DNA of 64,000 nucleotides from assembly GCF_009914755.1 (NCBI RefSeq), contig NC_060936.1; one strand, given 5' to 3'. Every line of letters starts with the position of its first letter. Within the stretch, counting starts at the first letter, position 1. Below the pieces are notes generated by a model that was not told where the DNA came from, ran no database searches, and was given only the letters and a program-made list of their open reading frames with translations. Shown piece by piece: positions 32,959 to 46,600 of this stretch. The translations under genes were made by a program, and so were the position numbers. The stretch comes from the human T2T-CHM13v2.0 reference genome, Homo sapiens.

Positions 32959-33925
32959 ATGTGGTTAAGGAAACATATTAAAACATTTTTAAAAATCAAG
33001 ATTTTCCATTTCAATGGCCTTGTAATTGATTGAAAAGTTTATTTTGAGTCACATGGTGTTCTAGACTCTTGTGGAGGGTTTAGATTGGAAAATAAGTAAT
33101 GACAGTGAAGCAGTTGTTATGTTCGTATAAAAGAAAGAAAAGAAAAACCCACAGGACTTTATTTGGTTTTAAAAGTCTATCTGCAAAGATATAGTTTATA
33201 GGAAAATTCAATTCCAAATGTTTCTCATTGCTCTGGAGTGTGTGAAGAAGAGGCCTAAGAATATTCTTAGGAAGGCAAAAACTTTCAGATGCAGTTCATA
33301 TGCTTGACACCTCTGTTTCACTTTTGGCTGACTTGTGTAGTCTGATTTTTGGTCACTGACAGGCTCAGCATCATGAGTGTGCAAGACGTAAGGGAGGCAG
33401 GACCTTGTCTTTTCAATGGTGTCTTCCTGGGTGGCTGCCAGAATTCATCATTATTGCACTCTACTCTCATAGCCTCGATTTCTGTTTTTGTTTGCTTTTA
33501 CTGAAATTGGAGTAGTGACACAGAGTCAGATCATTGAAAAGACTCACAAGATTCCAAAGGGTATACTGGTAGAGTATAAACTGGAGGATAAGGTACAGCG
33601 GGAGAAAGCAAGTACCAGCAGACACAGAGGGGGCTGAGACTCCTGCAAGCAGCGCCTTTCCTCAGGCTCACTGGATGTGCTCTGTGTTTGGGTGTGAACC
33701 ACCAAGATGCATGCATGATATCTGTTTTCAGGGAAGCCAAGATACAAGTGTACAGAAAAGCCATTATACCCCCGTCACATTGCTGAAACTGGATGATTAA
33801 ACCACGTACCAAGCGGTGTCTAAATTTCAGTAATAATGATCAGCTAGTAGAGGGTGCCTCAAGGCAGTTTCAGACTTTAAATAACATAGTAGAAATCACT
33901 AGCTAGTCCATTTCATCCTTATCAT

Positions 33926-34330
33926 TGTTGCAGAACTTTCTCCTTAGTTCAGCTAAAACCGGGTTCTTGTCACACAACCGGAAAAGATTAGGCTCAGGGA
34001 CACATAGAAGGGTGAGGGGCAGAATTTATTGGGTGAAAAGGAAAAAGGAAAAAGAACTCTCAGCAAAGCGAGAGGGAGTCTTGCCAACAGGCCCTCCACC
34101 TCACAGACTGAACACCAGGCCACCACACAGGAACTGAAGAGGCCAGGCTCCTCCCCGCTGAACAAGCGTAAACTTCTCTTGGCTCCACCCTCTTCCCCCA
34201 GTGTGCAGGTGGGCATTATTCAGAGAGAATCAGCTGAGAAAGGGCAGGCTTTATCCGGGACCAGCAGTCCAGTTCTTCAGCCTTCAGGCTCTTTTAGGCT
34301 TGAAGGCAGGGTTTCGTGGGGGACCTTGGT
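33926..34330 (-). mobile_element. ERV1 LTR, LTR9/MER61-like, probably partial
   Basis: U5 end (ttagttcagctaaaaccgggttcttgtcacacaacc...gaatttattgg) resembles that of the 8891 LTR. Confidence 0.65.
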
Positions 34331-34969
34331 AAGAAGAGTTCTTTTCGACACTTTAATGTAGATTGTAAGAGGTAGAAAAAAATTGATCACATTTAACATA
34401 TAGTTACTTAAAAACACATCTTTGAGTTTTCTAGACTTCTAATATGATTGTAGAAAATCAGCGTGGCAGCCAACTTAAGACAGATCAATACCTCGAAGTC
34501 TGTAACTTTAATAAGAACATCAGAACTGAAATTCTATATTAGTTACCCTATTGTACTCACAGTCATGGAATACAGAACAGGAAAGATTCTGGAAACACAT
34601 TTTGATAGTCAGGGTCACAGATATTGCTCTGTTTCAGTAACCAGGTTTTCTACTTATGAAAGTTATTTAAAAGGCAATGAATATTCAAAATGTGAGCAGC
34701 TATTGCTACCATTAGCTCCAGAATCAGTTCTGAAGAATTTGTAGGAAGTCATCTTGAAAATAATAAAGCAATATATTTTTCAGAAATAGTATCCACTAAA
34801 TCATAATCTGAGGCCACTTTACTGAGGCGTTTATATTTATATTTATATTAATTTGTTATTTTACACAGAAAGGGAAACTATGACCTAAAGACAGAGATAA
34901 CAATAATCTGATTAGCATTAGCCACCCCATTCCAACAACAAATCACGTTAATAAGGCATTTTTAGAAGT

Positions 34970-35240
34970 AGCAAAGCATAGTGGTTAAGAACATATGTTC
35001 TAGAACTAGACAGTCTGAGTTTGACTCCTGATACCACTTATTTTATTCTAAAACTTTTGGCAAATTATTACATAACCTCCCTTGCCTCAGTTGGCCAAGC
35101 TGTAAAATGGGACTAATAATGGTGTCCAACTCACAGGATTGCTATGTAGGCTAAAAGGTTAAAAGAGTTTTATATTTCTAAAACAATGTGCTTGTAATAG
35201 TCTTGGCACATTGTAAACATTGTGTAAGTGCTTATTAAAA
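34970..35240 (+). mobile_element. MIR
   Basis: agcatagtggttaagaac...gcctcagtt...tgtaaaatggg. Confidence 0.75.
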
Positions 35241-35744
35241 ATAAATTCATGCTTGTAATTGAAGATCGCCATATGAGATACACATTCTAGTGATCTATAT
35301 GTTTATCATTAGATATATGATATATACACACACTCATATTTCAGTCCCCTGAGGGATTAACTTTTAATCCCTTGATTTGCAAATCAAGTTGTAAATTACA
35401 CGTATAAATAAAATACCTTTGTAGTGATTCGTTCATTATAAAATTATGCTAACTATGTTGGTTTTCATGTAGGCATAAGCTGGCTCTATAAATAAAGTTT
35501 GAAAATAAGTAAGGTATAAAGGAACCCTGGCGGGATAGATAAGATACTAGGAACAGTGGTTTGGGAGTGAGGATGGGAAGTAGACTGATGTGGAACAAGA
35601 TGGGAGTGAGACTTTTTTTAGTCACCGTCTATATTTTTATAATTTCTGGGTCTGGAATCAGTATCTCCTCATCCTAACTTGTTCATATGATGAGTTAGAG
35701 TCATATCTGCCTGCTGTTAGTTTTTTCAAAGAATCTTCAAATGG

Positions 35745-36904
35745 GGCAACCCCCTTTGGGTCCCCTCCCTTTGTATGGGAGCTCTGTTTTCACTCTATTA
35801 AATCTTGCTACTGCACTCTTCTGGTCCATGTTTGTTACGGCTGGAGCTGAGCTTTCGCTTGCCGTCCACCACTGCTGTTTGCCACTGTCGCAGACCCGCC
35901 GCTGATTCCCATCGCCGCTGACTCCCATCCCTCCAGATCCGGCAGGGTGTCCGCTGTGCTCCTGATCCAGCGAGACTCCCATTGCCACTCCCGATTGTGC
36001 TAAAAGCTTGCCATTGTTCCTGCACGGCTAAGTGCCTGGGTTCGTCCTAATCGAGCTGAACACTAGTCACTGGGTTCCACGGTTCTCTTCCATGACCCAC
36101 AGCTTCTAATAGCTCATCGCATGGCCCAAGATTCCATTCCTTGGAATCCGTGAGGCCAAGAACCCCAGGTCAGAGAACACGAGGCTTGCCACCATCTTGG
36201 AAGCCGCCCACCACCATCTTGGAAGCGGCTTGCCACCATTTTGGGAGCTCTGTGAGCAAGGATCCCCGGTAACATTTTGGCGACCATGAAGGGACCTCCG
36301 AAGCGTTTGTCTCTTCCAGAATTGAAACTGTAAAACTACAAATGGTTCTTCAAATGGAGCCCCAGATGCAGTCCATGACTAAGATCCACCGCAGACCCCT
36401 GGACCGGCCTGCTAGCCCATGCTCCAATGTTAATGACATGGAAGGCACCCTTCCGGAGGAAATCTCAACTACACAACACCTACTATGCCCCAATTCAGCA
36501 GGAAGCTGTTAGAGCAGTCATTGGCCAACCTCCCCAACAGCACTTGGGTTTTCCTGTTGAGAGAGGGGACTGAGAGACAGGACTAGCTGGATTTCCTAGG
36601 CCGACTAAGAATCCCTAAGCCTAGCTGGGAAGGTGACCGCATCCACCTTTAAACACGGGGCTTGCAACTTAGCTCACACCCAACCAGAGAGTTCACTAAA
36701 ATGCTAATTAGGCAAAAATAGGAGGTACAGAAATAGCCAATCATCTATTGCCTGAGAGCACAGCGGGAGGGACAAGGATCAGGATATAAACCCAGGCATT
36801 CGAGCTGGCAACGGCAACCCCCTTTGGGTCCCCTCCCTTTGTATGGGAGCTCTGTTTTCACTGTTTCACTCTATTAAATCTTGCAACTGCAAAAAAGAAA
36901 AAAA
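35745..36904 (+). mobile_element. HERV-W (LTR17) processed pseudogene of a spliced RNA: R-U5, PBS, splice junction, env 3' end, PPT, U3-R, poly-A
   Basis: Starts inside R; U5 ends ...ggtaaca at 36274; PBS TGGCGACCATGAAGGGAC 36278-36295; env tail from 36306; PPT then U3 tgagagacaggactagc at 36571; ATTAAA 36873-36878; A-tail from 36891; TSD aaagaatcttcaaatgg at 35728-35744 and 36905-36921. Confidence 0.93.
36306..36512 (+). pseudogene. HERV-W env C-terminal (cytoplasmic tail) fragment, syncytin-1-like, open frame of 68 codons
   Basis: FVSSRIETVKLQMVLQMEPQMQSMTKIHRRPLDRPASPCSNVNDMEGTLPEEISTTQHLLCPNSAGSC* resembles the recalled syncytin-1 C-terminus. First in-frame ATG at 36342. Confidence 0.88.
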
Positions 36905-37011
36905 AAAGAATCTTCAAATGGCTATTGATGCTAAAGAAAGTTCTGAAGGAGCATTCTCCAATGCAGTTATTTCCTACAGAAGATTTTAAGTGATTTTTTA
37001 AAAAACTGCCT

Positions 37012-37117
37012 CTTTTTTAAAAATATTTCAGCTTTTATTTTAGATATGGGGGTACATATGTAGGATTGTTACATGGGTATATTGGATCCAGGTAGTGAGC
37101 ATAGTAAGCAATAGGTA
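37012..37117 (-). mobile_element. Short 5'-truncated L1P 3' tip
   Basis: cttttattttagatatgggggtacat...ttacatgggtatattg...gtgagcatagt; degenerate TSD aaaaaactgcctctt / aaaaaatgacctctt. Confidence 0.7.
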
Positions 37118-37225
37118 AAAAAATGACCTCTTATTCAAGAGGGTACCTCATTACTATTTACAAAGTGCTTTCAAACATTCTTTCTCATTTTTTCTGACAA
37201 CTCTGGACGTCCCCCCCTACTTTTA

Positions 37226-37717
<492 letters not shown>

Positions 37718-38790
37718 TTAAGCTTTCTTTTTCATTACCAATAGTTGGGCTAACCTTTATTTTCTGGATGGTAAAGGTGTTTTATAGCAACAAAAACAAA
37801 CAGCTAAGTCAATCCGTCCAGGTACCCTGTTAAAGCTTCAAAGACTCTGGATCAGAATGATCTCTGCTATACACACATACCCAAAGAATAAACAAAAATG
37901 CTATTGCTAATATCTCTCAGTCCCTTGAGGGATTAACTTTTAGTCCCTTGATTTGCAAATCAAGCTGTAAACTATATTAATTCCCCCCTTTCTGTACCTT
38001 TCCTTTCGGATGATGCTCATCTAGCATTTTGCTGTCTTGAATACCTTCTCCTTTCTCATCCCTATATATTTTCATTCTTTATTTGAGTATAATTCCACTT
38101 TAACACATTACCTTAATGCAAACCATTATCTCCATTTTTGCTCACTTCTTTCCCTTTCACAGCACCTCTTCTCAATAAAAGTCTATATGTAGTGTGTTCC
38201 CATGGTGATGGGAACTAAAATTACTTATAATCAATGGTTTTTATATTGTCGCTGCTGCTTATCTCTTGGGTTAGGCCTCTCTTTGCAGCCAGGTCACAGG
38301 TAAGTCTATGAAGGTGAGATGAAACAATATTTACCAGAGATTGAACTACTTCTGGAATATTTGTGAATCCAGCCTTCACCATTATTGCACCATCTAGATT
38401 TCACATCTGTTTAGTGTATTACCAATATTTCCTTTTTCCATATAATGAATTCTTTTATTGTAGTAATTGTGGTATCAGGGCACCATGGATATTCATAGTT
38501 ATAAGAAGATATTATCATAGAAGAAAATTGTCATGCCATCATTCATTATGGTGTTTTGCATCTTTGAATTTTAAACAGAGAAAGAGAAAGAACAGTCAAG
38601 CTAGTAAGCAAGAGATAACCAATCTACTTTGGGAAATGACCAATGGTTCTTGATTTCAGGGTAGATTATAGAAAAGAGAAAAGATTATAGTATTTTATAT
38701 CTGCAAAACTTATTCCAAAACAAATCAGTAAATCCAGGTTAAAATACCCAGGTCAGACAGTCACATTTTTACTAATAAAAATTAACTAGC

Positions 38791-39115
38791 AGCCCGGGCG
38801 AGGTGGCTCATGCCTGTAATCCCAGCACTTTCGGAGGCCGCGGCCGGCGGATCACGAGGTCAGGAGATCGAGACCATCCTGGCTAACACAGTGAAACCCT
38901 GTCTCTACTAAAAATACAAAAAAAAATTAGCCGGGCGTGTTGGCGGGCGCCTGTAGTCCCAGCTACTCAGGAGGCTGAGGCAGGAGAATGGCATGAACCC
39001 GGAGGGCGGAGCTTGCAGTGAGCCGAGATTGCGCCACTGCACGCCAGCCTGGGCGACAGAGCGAGACCCTGTCTCAAAGAAATAAAATAAATAAATAAAT
39101 AAATAAATAAATAAA
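38791..39115 (+). mobile_element. CpG-rich AluY with (AAAT)n tail
   Basis: AluY diagnostics gagaccatcctggctaac and gcggagcttgcag. Confidence 0.93.
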
Positions 39116-39329
39116 TTGCAGCCCATTGAGTGAACTTTAAATGATCATGCTACTTTGTGAAATAGAATATCACATTACTAGATCTGTTGTGTGCTGGACA
39201 AATGCCAGCACAATGCAGTACTTTGCTGATATAGTGTGGAATAGATTTTGTGCTGCAGCAAAGCTGTCTATAGACTTCAAAAAACAAAGGTTATATGAGC
39301 ATTAACCAAACTGTTTAAAATCTTACAGT

Positions 39330-39625
39330 TTCAAAGGACCACATATTCTATGATTCCATTTATATGAAATGTCCAAAATAGGCAAATCTATAAAGATAGA
39401 AAATAGATTAGTGGTTACCTGGGACTTGCGGGGATAGAAGCATTACAGGGTCAGGGCAGTGACCTTCCCTAAAAGATACAGAATTTATTTTCTAGGTGAT
39501 AGAAATGTTCTAAATTGATTGCGGTGGTGGTCACAACTATGTGACAATATTAAAAATCATTCAATTGTATACTTTAAATGAGAGAATTGTAAATATATGA
39601 GTTATAGCTCGATAAAGTGATACCA
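39330..39625 (+). mobile_element. L1M 3' end
   Basis: tatgattccatttatatgaaatgtccaaaataggcaaatctataaagatagaaaatagattagtggtt. Confidence 0.8.
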
Positions 39626-40037
39626 AAAGAAAGATCTTCCCCAAAAAGCTTTCCCGTAAAAATACATGTTCCACCCAATTAAAATGCAATGTCAATACGT
39701 ATTCGTTTATTTTATTGCTTAAAATAATGTGTTCTTTTGCACAAAGAAGAAAAAATAGAAATCAGAATGTAAGAAGACAAGTCATTTATGATTTATTTTG
39801 CACCATTTATTTCAACTGTTTAAAATAAAAGGGCCGATTTTATGCTGCTGTCAAGGTTTTGCTTATGATAAATGTTTGAAGTGACACTGAAATGTGAACT
39901 GGTTGTGAGACAGGCTCTCCTTGGCTTCTAATGGAGGCAGGTATCCCATGGGACAGATGCTTGTATTGCTTCAAATTCATTGTAGGAGAATTAACCCTTC
40001 GTGGTGCCACTTTCTTCATATGAATTAAAGTGAAAAT

Positions 40038-40367
<330 letters not shown>

Positions 40368-40390
40368 TCACTGTAGTTTTACTACTCTTG

Positions 40391-40946
40391 TATAGAGGAG
40401 GAAAAATTTCTCCTCTACCTTCTTACAATCTCTGGCTAGGCCTAAGAATTAAACTTATATAATACAGATTAATAGAAGAGAAGCATACAAATTTTATTAT
40501 AATTTTACTTGCACATGAAAGTCCTCACAAGACAATGAAGACCCAAAGAAGTGACCAGAAGTAGTAAACTTATATATCTTTTAGATGAAGAAATGATAAA
40601 TTTGTGAAGAAGTGATAAGACAAAGCAGTTTGGATTATAGGCAGTAAATTGTGAGGAAGTCACTAAAAATATAGAGGGGGAAACTAATGGAAGATAAGGG
40701 ATATTTTAGTAAGTTTGTACAGATCTATTTCAGAGTCAATTCCAAGTCTCAGGTGATAAAGATGTTCTTTTCTTCCTGGTACAGGGAGGGCACCTTTCTC
40801 CTGGAAATTTTAATGGTGTGTTTTTAAGTAGAAAGGGGGAGGTCAAAAGGCTTTCCTGCATCTGCTATTTCTCCATTGCTTTCAGCTCTAAATAATCAGT
40901 ATGCCAAAGTGGCATATTTTGGGGTGGCACGTCCTGAAGTCCTTCA
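40391..40946 (-). mobile_element. Solo ERV1 LTR, MER34-like
   Basis: Reverse complement starts tgaaggacttcaggacgtgccaccccaaaatatgccactttggcat; 4-bp TSD CTTG at 40387-40390 and 40947-40950. Confidence 0.75.
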
Positions 40947-41109
40947 CTTGTTTACTCACTCGTTGCTAATCAGGACTTGATCATCTTTGTCTCACCCCTT
41001 TTTACAGCCGTCCAGCCCTATGCTTTTTATTTTATGCCATTATTTAAATCTGATGTTCCATTCAGTTCTCTACAGTTGGAAGGGTCTAGCTTGGGCTACC
41101 TTTGTATTG

Positions 41110-41352
41110 TTCAAAATGCTTTTTTAAAAGGACAAAGGTCTTGTGGTCAAATCAGTTTAGCGAATGGTGCATACCATATCTTGCTCTTACAGAGTCTCAG
41201 TGCACACTAACATATTAAAGGTTCTGAGAAATCCAGAAGAAAAAACAAGTATGTAACTTTATTTAACCTAATATTTCCCAAACTTTTTTTTAGTGACTCA
41301 CAGAAACACTCCGTAGAACTAGCCTCTGCAGAACACCCTATGGGAAATGGTG
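41110..41352. mobile_element. hAT-Charlie MITE remnant
   Basis: ggtcaaatcagttt...catattaaaggttctgagaa...tttcccaaactt...gaacaccctatgggaaatg. Confidence 0.5.
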
Positions 41353-42419
41353 TTCTGGAGTCATAATTATCTCCCCCTTTATTACCTTATTACTCTTTCC
41401 CAGCTATGACAGATCTTTTTATATTTCTTTTTTTCTTCCCGAACATGTTTGTTTTAAGCCACAATTCAAACTTGCTACATTTACTTTTTCCTGGTTATTG
41501 CCCAGTTGTTAAGTCTGGATTGCCCTGGGAAGATGCTGATTACATGGTGCTCTGAATACCTTGCGTTCTTTGCCAGTAGCTCTCCTAAAGATTTGTGATG
41601 CATACATTACTGCCCAACAGAGAATTGGGCTTGCCTCATTGCAATTTCAGAAGACAATCCTCCTGCGTCCATCAGCTTGTTATTGGCTGGCACCACAGAG
41701 ATGTGTTTCTCTGGCCCTCATTAATTGTAACCAACCCTAAGAGAGTTAAGTTGTATCAGGCATGTGTATACCTTACAGTGGATAAGTTTGTCAGATACTT
41801 TCCTTAGTGCATATTTTTTAAAGAGATAGAATAAAGTATAAATACACATGGAATGGATGTCACCAATAAGGGTTTTTAAACACTGGAGAATTTTATATGG
41901 GCCTGCTTTGTAGATATCCTTTTTTTTTTCAATCTATGAACTCAAATATATGAAATATGTCTGTACCCTCCTTCTTTTGGCTGCCCAGCTAAGCTCATCC
42001 CAACAACGCTTCCCAGCTTTCTTCAGGTCACCACCAATCCAATCCAGGCTGGAAGTGATGAGACTGAGCTGTGGAATACAAGGAGCGTGCATGGGGTGCT
42101 CTTCTGGATCCTGGGGATATAGTGGTTAAACCGTTACTGACAACATGCTCTCATGGCTCTTAGATCTAGTGGGGGAAAGATAGCCAATAAACACACAAAG
42201 AAATCAAATCTTGATAAACACTTTTCAGATCACTAAAATCAGATTATGTGAGTGTGACCAAGTGGCTGCTGTAGAAGGAATGGTCTTAGAAAGCTGCTTT
42301 TGGAGATGACAGTTAGGTTGAGGATCCTAGTGAAAAGAGTGTGAACAAGGAGAAAGAAATCCAGGCAGAGGAGACAGCTGCTGCAAAAACTCTAAAGCAA
42401 GACCCAGCTTCAGGTCTTC

Positions 42420-42642
42420 TTCTTTTTTTTTTTTTTTTTTTTTTTGACACAGGGTCTCACTCTGTTGCCCAGGCTGGAGTGCAGTGACATGGTCTCGGCC
42501 CACTATAGCCTCCACCTCCTGGACTCAAGTGATCCTCCCACTTCAGCCTCCCGAGTAGCTGGAACTATAGGCACATGCCACCACACCCAGCTAATTTTTG
42601 TATTTTTTGTAGAGTCAGGGTTTTGCCACGTTGCCCAGGCTG
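42420..42642 (-). mobile_element. 5'-truncated AluJ
   Basis: Alu consensus lacking the start of the left arm. Confidence 0.9.
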
Positions 42643-43566
42643 CACCTTGAAGTCTTTCAAGAACCAACAGAAGGCCAGGGAGGGGAGCAAAGTGGATGAG
42701 TGGGAGAAGGATACTTCCTGAGCTCTTTCAAGGAGGTCAGGGCAAGTCGCATAGGGTTTTGTTAACCCTGACGTGGATTTGAGAATCATCAGCACGCAAG
42801 GAGGTATCTAAAGCTGGAGGCCTGGATGAGGTTGCCTTTGGGAAGTGAGGAAACAGCAAAAGGAGGGGCTTGGTACAGACCTGGATGGCTCAACCTTTAG
42901 AGGTTGAGCAGAGACGAGGGGACTGCAAAGAAGCAGCCAGGCAGGTAAGAGTTCAGATGTCTGGGAAGCCACACGAGAAAGTGTTTCCAAAAGCAACACA
43001 TGCTGTTGAAGAAGCCCAGAAAGAGGAAGATACAGAGGTGGCCACCGATCCAATGACAACGTGCAAGTTGTTGATGACTTTGACGAGACCAGGTTCAGTG
43101 TTCTTTGGGAGGATTGAGGAGGAATGTGATTTAAGAATAGATGTTCATGACCGTAGAAGTGGAAATATGAATATAAAGGTTAAGGTTTGTTTGTTTTAAG
43201 ATGGGACTTACTGTCTTTAAACTGTCTGCAGTAGAATGGAAGCAACTAATGAAAATGAAGGTGGGGATAGAAGCCATATCTCCTTGGGGTTTTTTTCCCC
43301 CTTAAGGAAATATGAGGCAAGGTTTTCAGGGAGGGAAGATGGACTGACTGTAGGAAGAGGAAGAGAGAGAAGTAAATAACTTGCTATACTGTGAACATGT
43401 AGTATGACCACTGGACAGTATTTACAGCCTATTAGAATTTGAGAGATTCAGGACTATTTGTTTTTTTTAAGTCCATCACTCTTATCAGTGATTTTGACCA
43501 AATTTAGTTAATACCGAAGTCAGGATCTGAACCCGGGGACGTCTTGCTCAGAGTCTGGGCATTTGA

Positions 43567-43601
43567 CCACTCCACTCCACTCCACTCCACTCCACTCCAC
43601 T
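43567..43601. repeat. (CCACT)7 microsatellite at the end of a MIR fragment
   Basis: Seven perfect copies. Confidence 0.95.
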
Positions 43602-46600
43602 GCCTCTCCACGAGTTACAGCTGAAACTAGTCCCCAGTCAGCACAGATCTGTCATTTCTCCAGTTCTCCTCAGCTATGAGCATGCATAGAGAAGGCAGAG
43701 AGTTAGGTTTTATGACCAAAAGAGAGAGATGAGACAGAATTAAATGTGTTTGCAAGTCAGTAAGTATGCGATGATGGTGAAATCAAAGAAGTGAAGAACC
43801 ACCGTTGTAGATAATGAGCAAATTGGGGATCAAAGGATAGGAAACGTTGATGAGGTGGAAGAGCGAGTGGTTTGATTGGAAGAAGTGCAGAGCCTGATTT
43901 GGAAGAATCAGAGGTGCAGTTATTGGTGATAACATGACAAATGATATGGGTGTGAGTGGCTCATGTGGGTACAGGAGCAGATCACCTGTGTTGAGAAGGT
44001 TGAGGATTGAGAAGTCTGGGCCTGTCCCATGGATCTGACATCCAGGGGTCCCAGCCTTCTTGTTTTCTACAAAAGAGAAACTCAGAGCCTGTGCCCCTGG
44101 AATTTTCAAATAAAGCATGTGCTTGTCCCAAGGTATGGAGAATAGCGGCCGTGCAGCCAATAATGTCACTGGGCTCACTTGGGCTAAAGTGGGTCTCCCC
44201 TTTCCTTCCCTGCCCTCCCTCTACCCCGAAACTTTCCTTAACTACTGAAGATCAGGCCTTCTTGGCCCCAACACAGAAATCCCTGTGGGGTGGGGGGCAA
44301 GGAGAACTGTTGTCCACTCCTGTCTGCAACAAAAGAAGAGTTCATTTTTGGCCAAATGAATGACAATGAATATTAGGGTCTTGGACTGCCAGAACTCCCT
44401 GCCAGTGGCACTCCCTGGGAGAGAAGGCCTGTTCCCACACCCCTCTCTCCAGCTTTCTCCACCTGGACCAGATCAGTTGTTCTCCCTTACTCCCCTCTAG
44501 GATCCAGAATTCCTGGTTTGACTATCAAAAGTAACACTACTTATAAGTATTTATAGGATACATCATTGACTCTCACATTCACTTTATTATAAAATTTCTT
44601 TTTCTCTAACAACTCTAGGTACTTTTATTGTTATTAGGCCATTGTTCCTTACTCTTTGTTTTCTTGTATTATCACATCAGTCAGCGACCAAATCCTGTTC
44701 ATTCTAACTGAGATGTTCCCCGATCTGTCCCCTCCGTATTCTTCATGTCTTCTCTCATGTTGGGCATTGGAGCAGCTGCTTAATTTGTTCTCTTTGACCT
44801 TTCTTGCTAAAGTCCACCCTCGCAACTCTCAACAGAGTCACTTGGCAAAACGTAGGTCTGATCGTGTGGCTGTTTTGCTTAAAAGTCTTTGATGGTTCCC
44901 CAGATTGCTTTGTTAAACAAAGGAATTTCTACTTTAAAAGTAGAATTTCCTGCGGAATCTTTCTCAAGTTACTTTGCTCCAACCACACTAAACCGCACCG
45001 TTCCCTAAACCACAGCCTAGTTAAGAACTTTAAAGATTCCAAGCACTGACTATATTTTGGTTCCTCCCACTACTTCAGAGGTTCGCGACACTAGACTAAT
45101 TTAACATTTTATTCTACAAAATAGCACCGAACTTAGGCATATGTGGAAAATAACTAGCTGTTTTCCAGATTTTTCTGTTTCTGTCTTCTCTTTTCTTTTG
45201 ATCACTGCTCCAGGCTTGCTGGGGCTGTAAGGAAATGCTCAGTCTAACTGGAGAATTTTAGCATTGCCTTCAACACAAATATAAGGCTACTTCTGTTTGA
45301 AGGTTTATCTCTGGCTGGAAAATCTGCCCTCCTCTATCTCCATTTAGTTAACCTTTACTTTTCCTTCAAGGTTCTACCCAATGATAACTTCCTTTATAAA
45401 GTGTTCCCTGGCTCACCCAGGGGTAATCAATTGCTTAGGCTTTTGCGTGTGAACTTCTGCTCGTGTTACCATAAATTATCTGTATGTCTAGCATCCTTGC
45501 TCATTTTACCATGTTATATCATTAAATCCTCATAATTATCATGTAATCTTAAGTATTAGGATTCCTGTTTTGCAGATAGTAAACAGGGGTTTGTTACCCA
45601 CCTAACCAAGCTATTATTAATATCTAATGTGACAATGGGTATAATTAATTTATAAAAGACTAAGAGCATTAAAACTGGAAGGCAGTATTATTTTTAATAT
45701 ATTGACTCTGTGTGGTGACAAGCGTTCATCTGTATTTTTTCTTCTTGCCAATAGTGAAGGGAATTTATGATTCCTACATAAAGAAATCTTTTTAATGTTA
45801 ATTAAACTAAACTGTAAGAATGCTGCTATGCTCAGGTGCAATGCAAATAATGAGGTGACTCTATCCCTGCCATCTCAGGCTAATCCCCTCTCCCCTGAGG
45901 AGCTGAGACTCAGCTCCCTGGAGGTGAAAAGCTAAAGCATTCCCCTGTTGTGCCATTTTCTTCCCTTTCTCTCATGCATTATTTTTCTTACTCTGGTTAT
46001 TCTTGATGGGAATTTTTAGCAGAGCTCAGCGCCATCTTATCCCAGGAAGAAAAAAAAATTGTAGGAGATAAATGTATGATGAATGGTGCAAAACACAACA
46101 GTTGCAATCTTTTAAATTTATTGTGAAATTAAAGAACATGCCCCTAGAATATAATCGCTGGCAATTCAAAAAGCAAGGATTTTTAGCAAAATAAATAAGA
46201 CCAGTTTTCTTCCTCTGGGCCTTGTGTCTGTTCATCTCAGTGAGTCTTTCAGCTTAACCAGTGTTGCAGCCCAAGCTCTTCCTTGTCCTTAATTAGCATC
46301 AGGAGTTTTCATTAGTTATTTTACGAGTTGTTAGTGATCCTCATTAGCTTTGCTGTGGTCTTAAATTTTCTTGACATTTACTGTTTCACTGCATAAGATT
46401 TTATGGTTAATTCCCAGAGTATATAAGCCAGATTATTAGCCGTTATATTTTTTACAATGTATATATTCCCATTTCAGAATCTCTTGTATCTTAACATTTT
46501 TCTTTACAATTTTATATAAATGACTGTCATCCAGTTCGTTGGGCTTCCTGATATCTTTTTTATACATATTAAATAAGGAAAAATAAGTAAATATATATAT

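Larger units (their letters stand above)
42090..44000 (-). mobile_element. Fragmented L2 with inserted Alu and MIR pieces
   Basis: gctctcatggctcttagatctagtggggg...ccaggcagaggagacagc...aagttgttgatgactttgacgaga. Confidence 0.6.
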
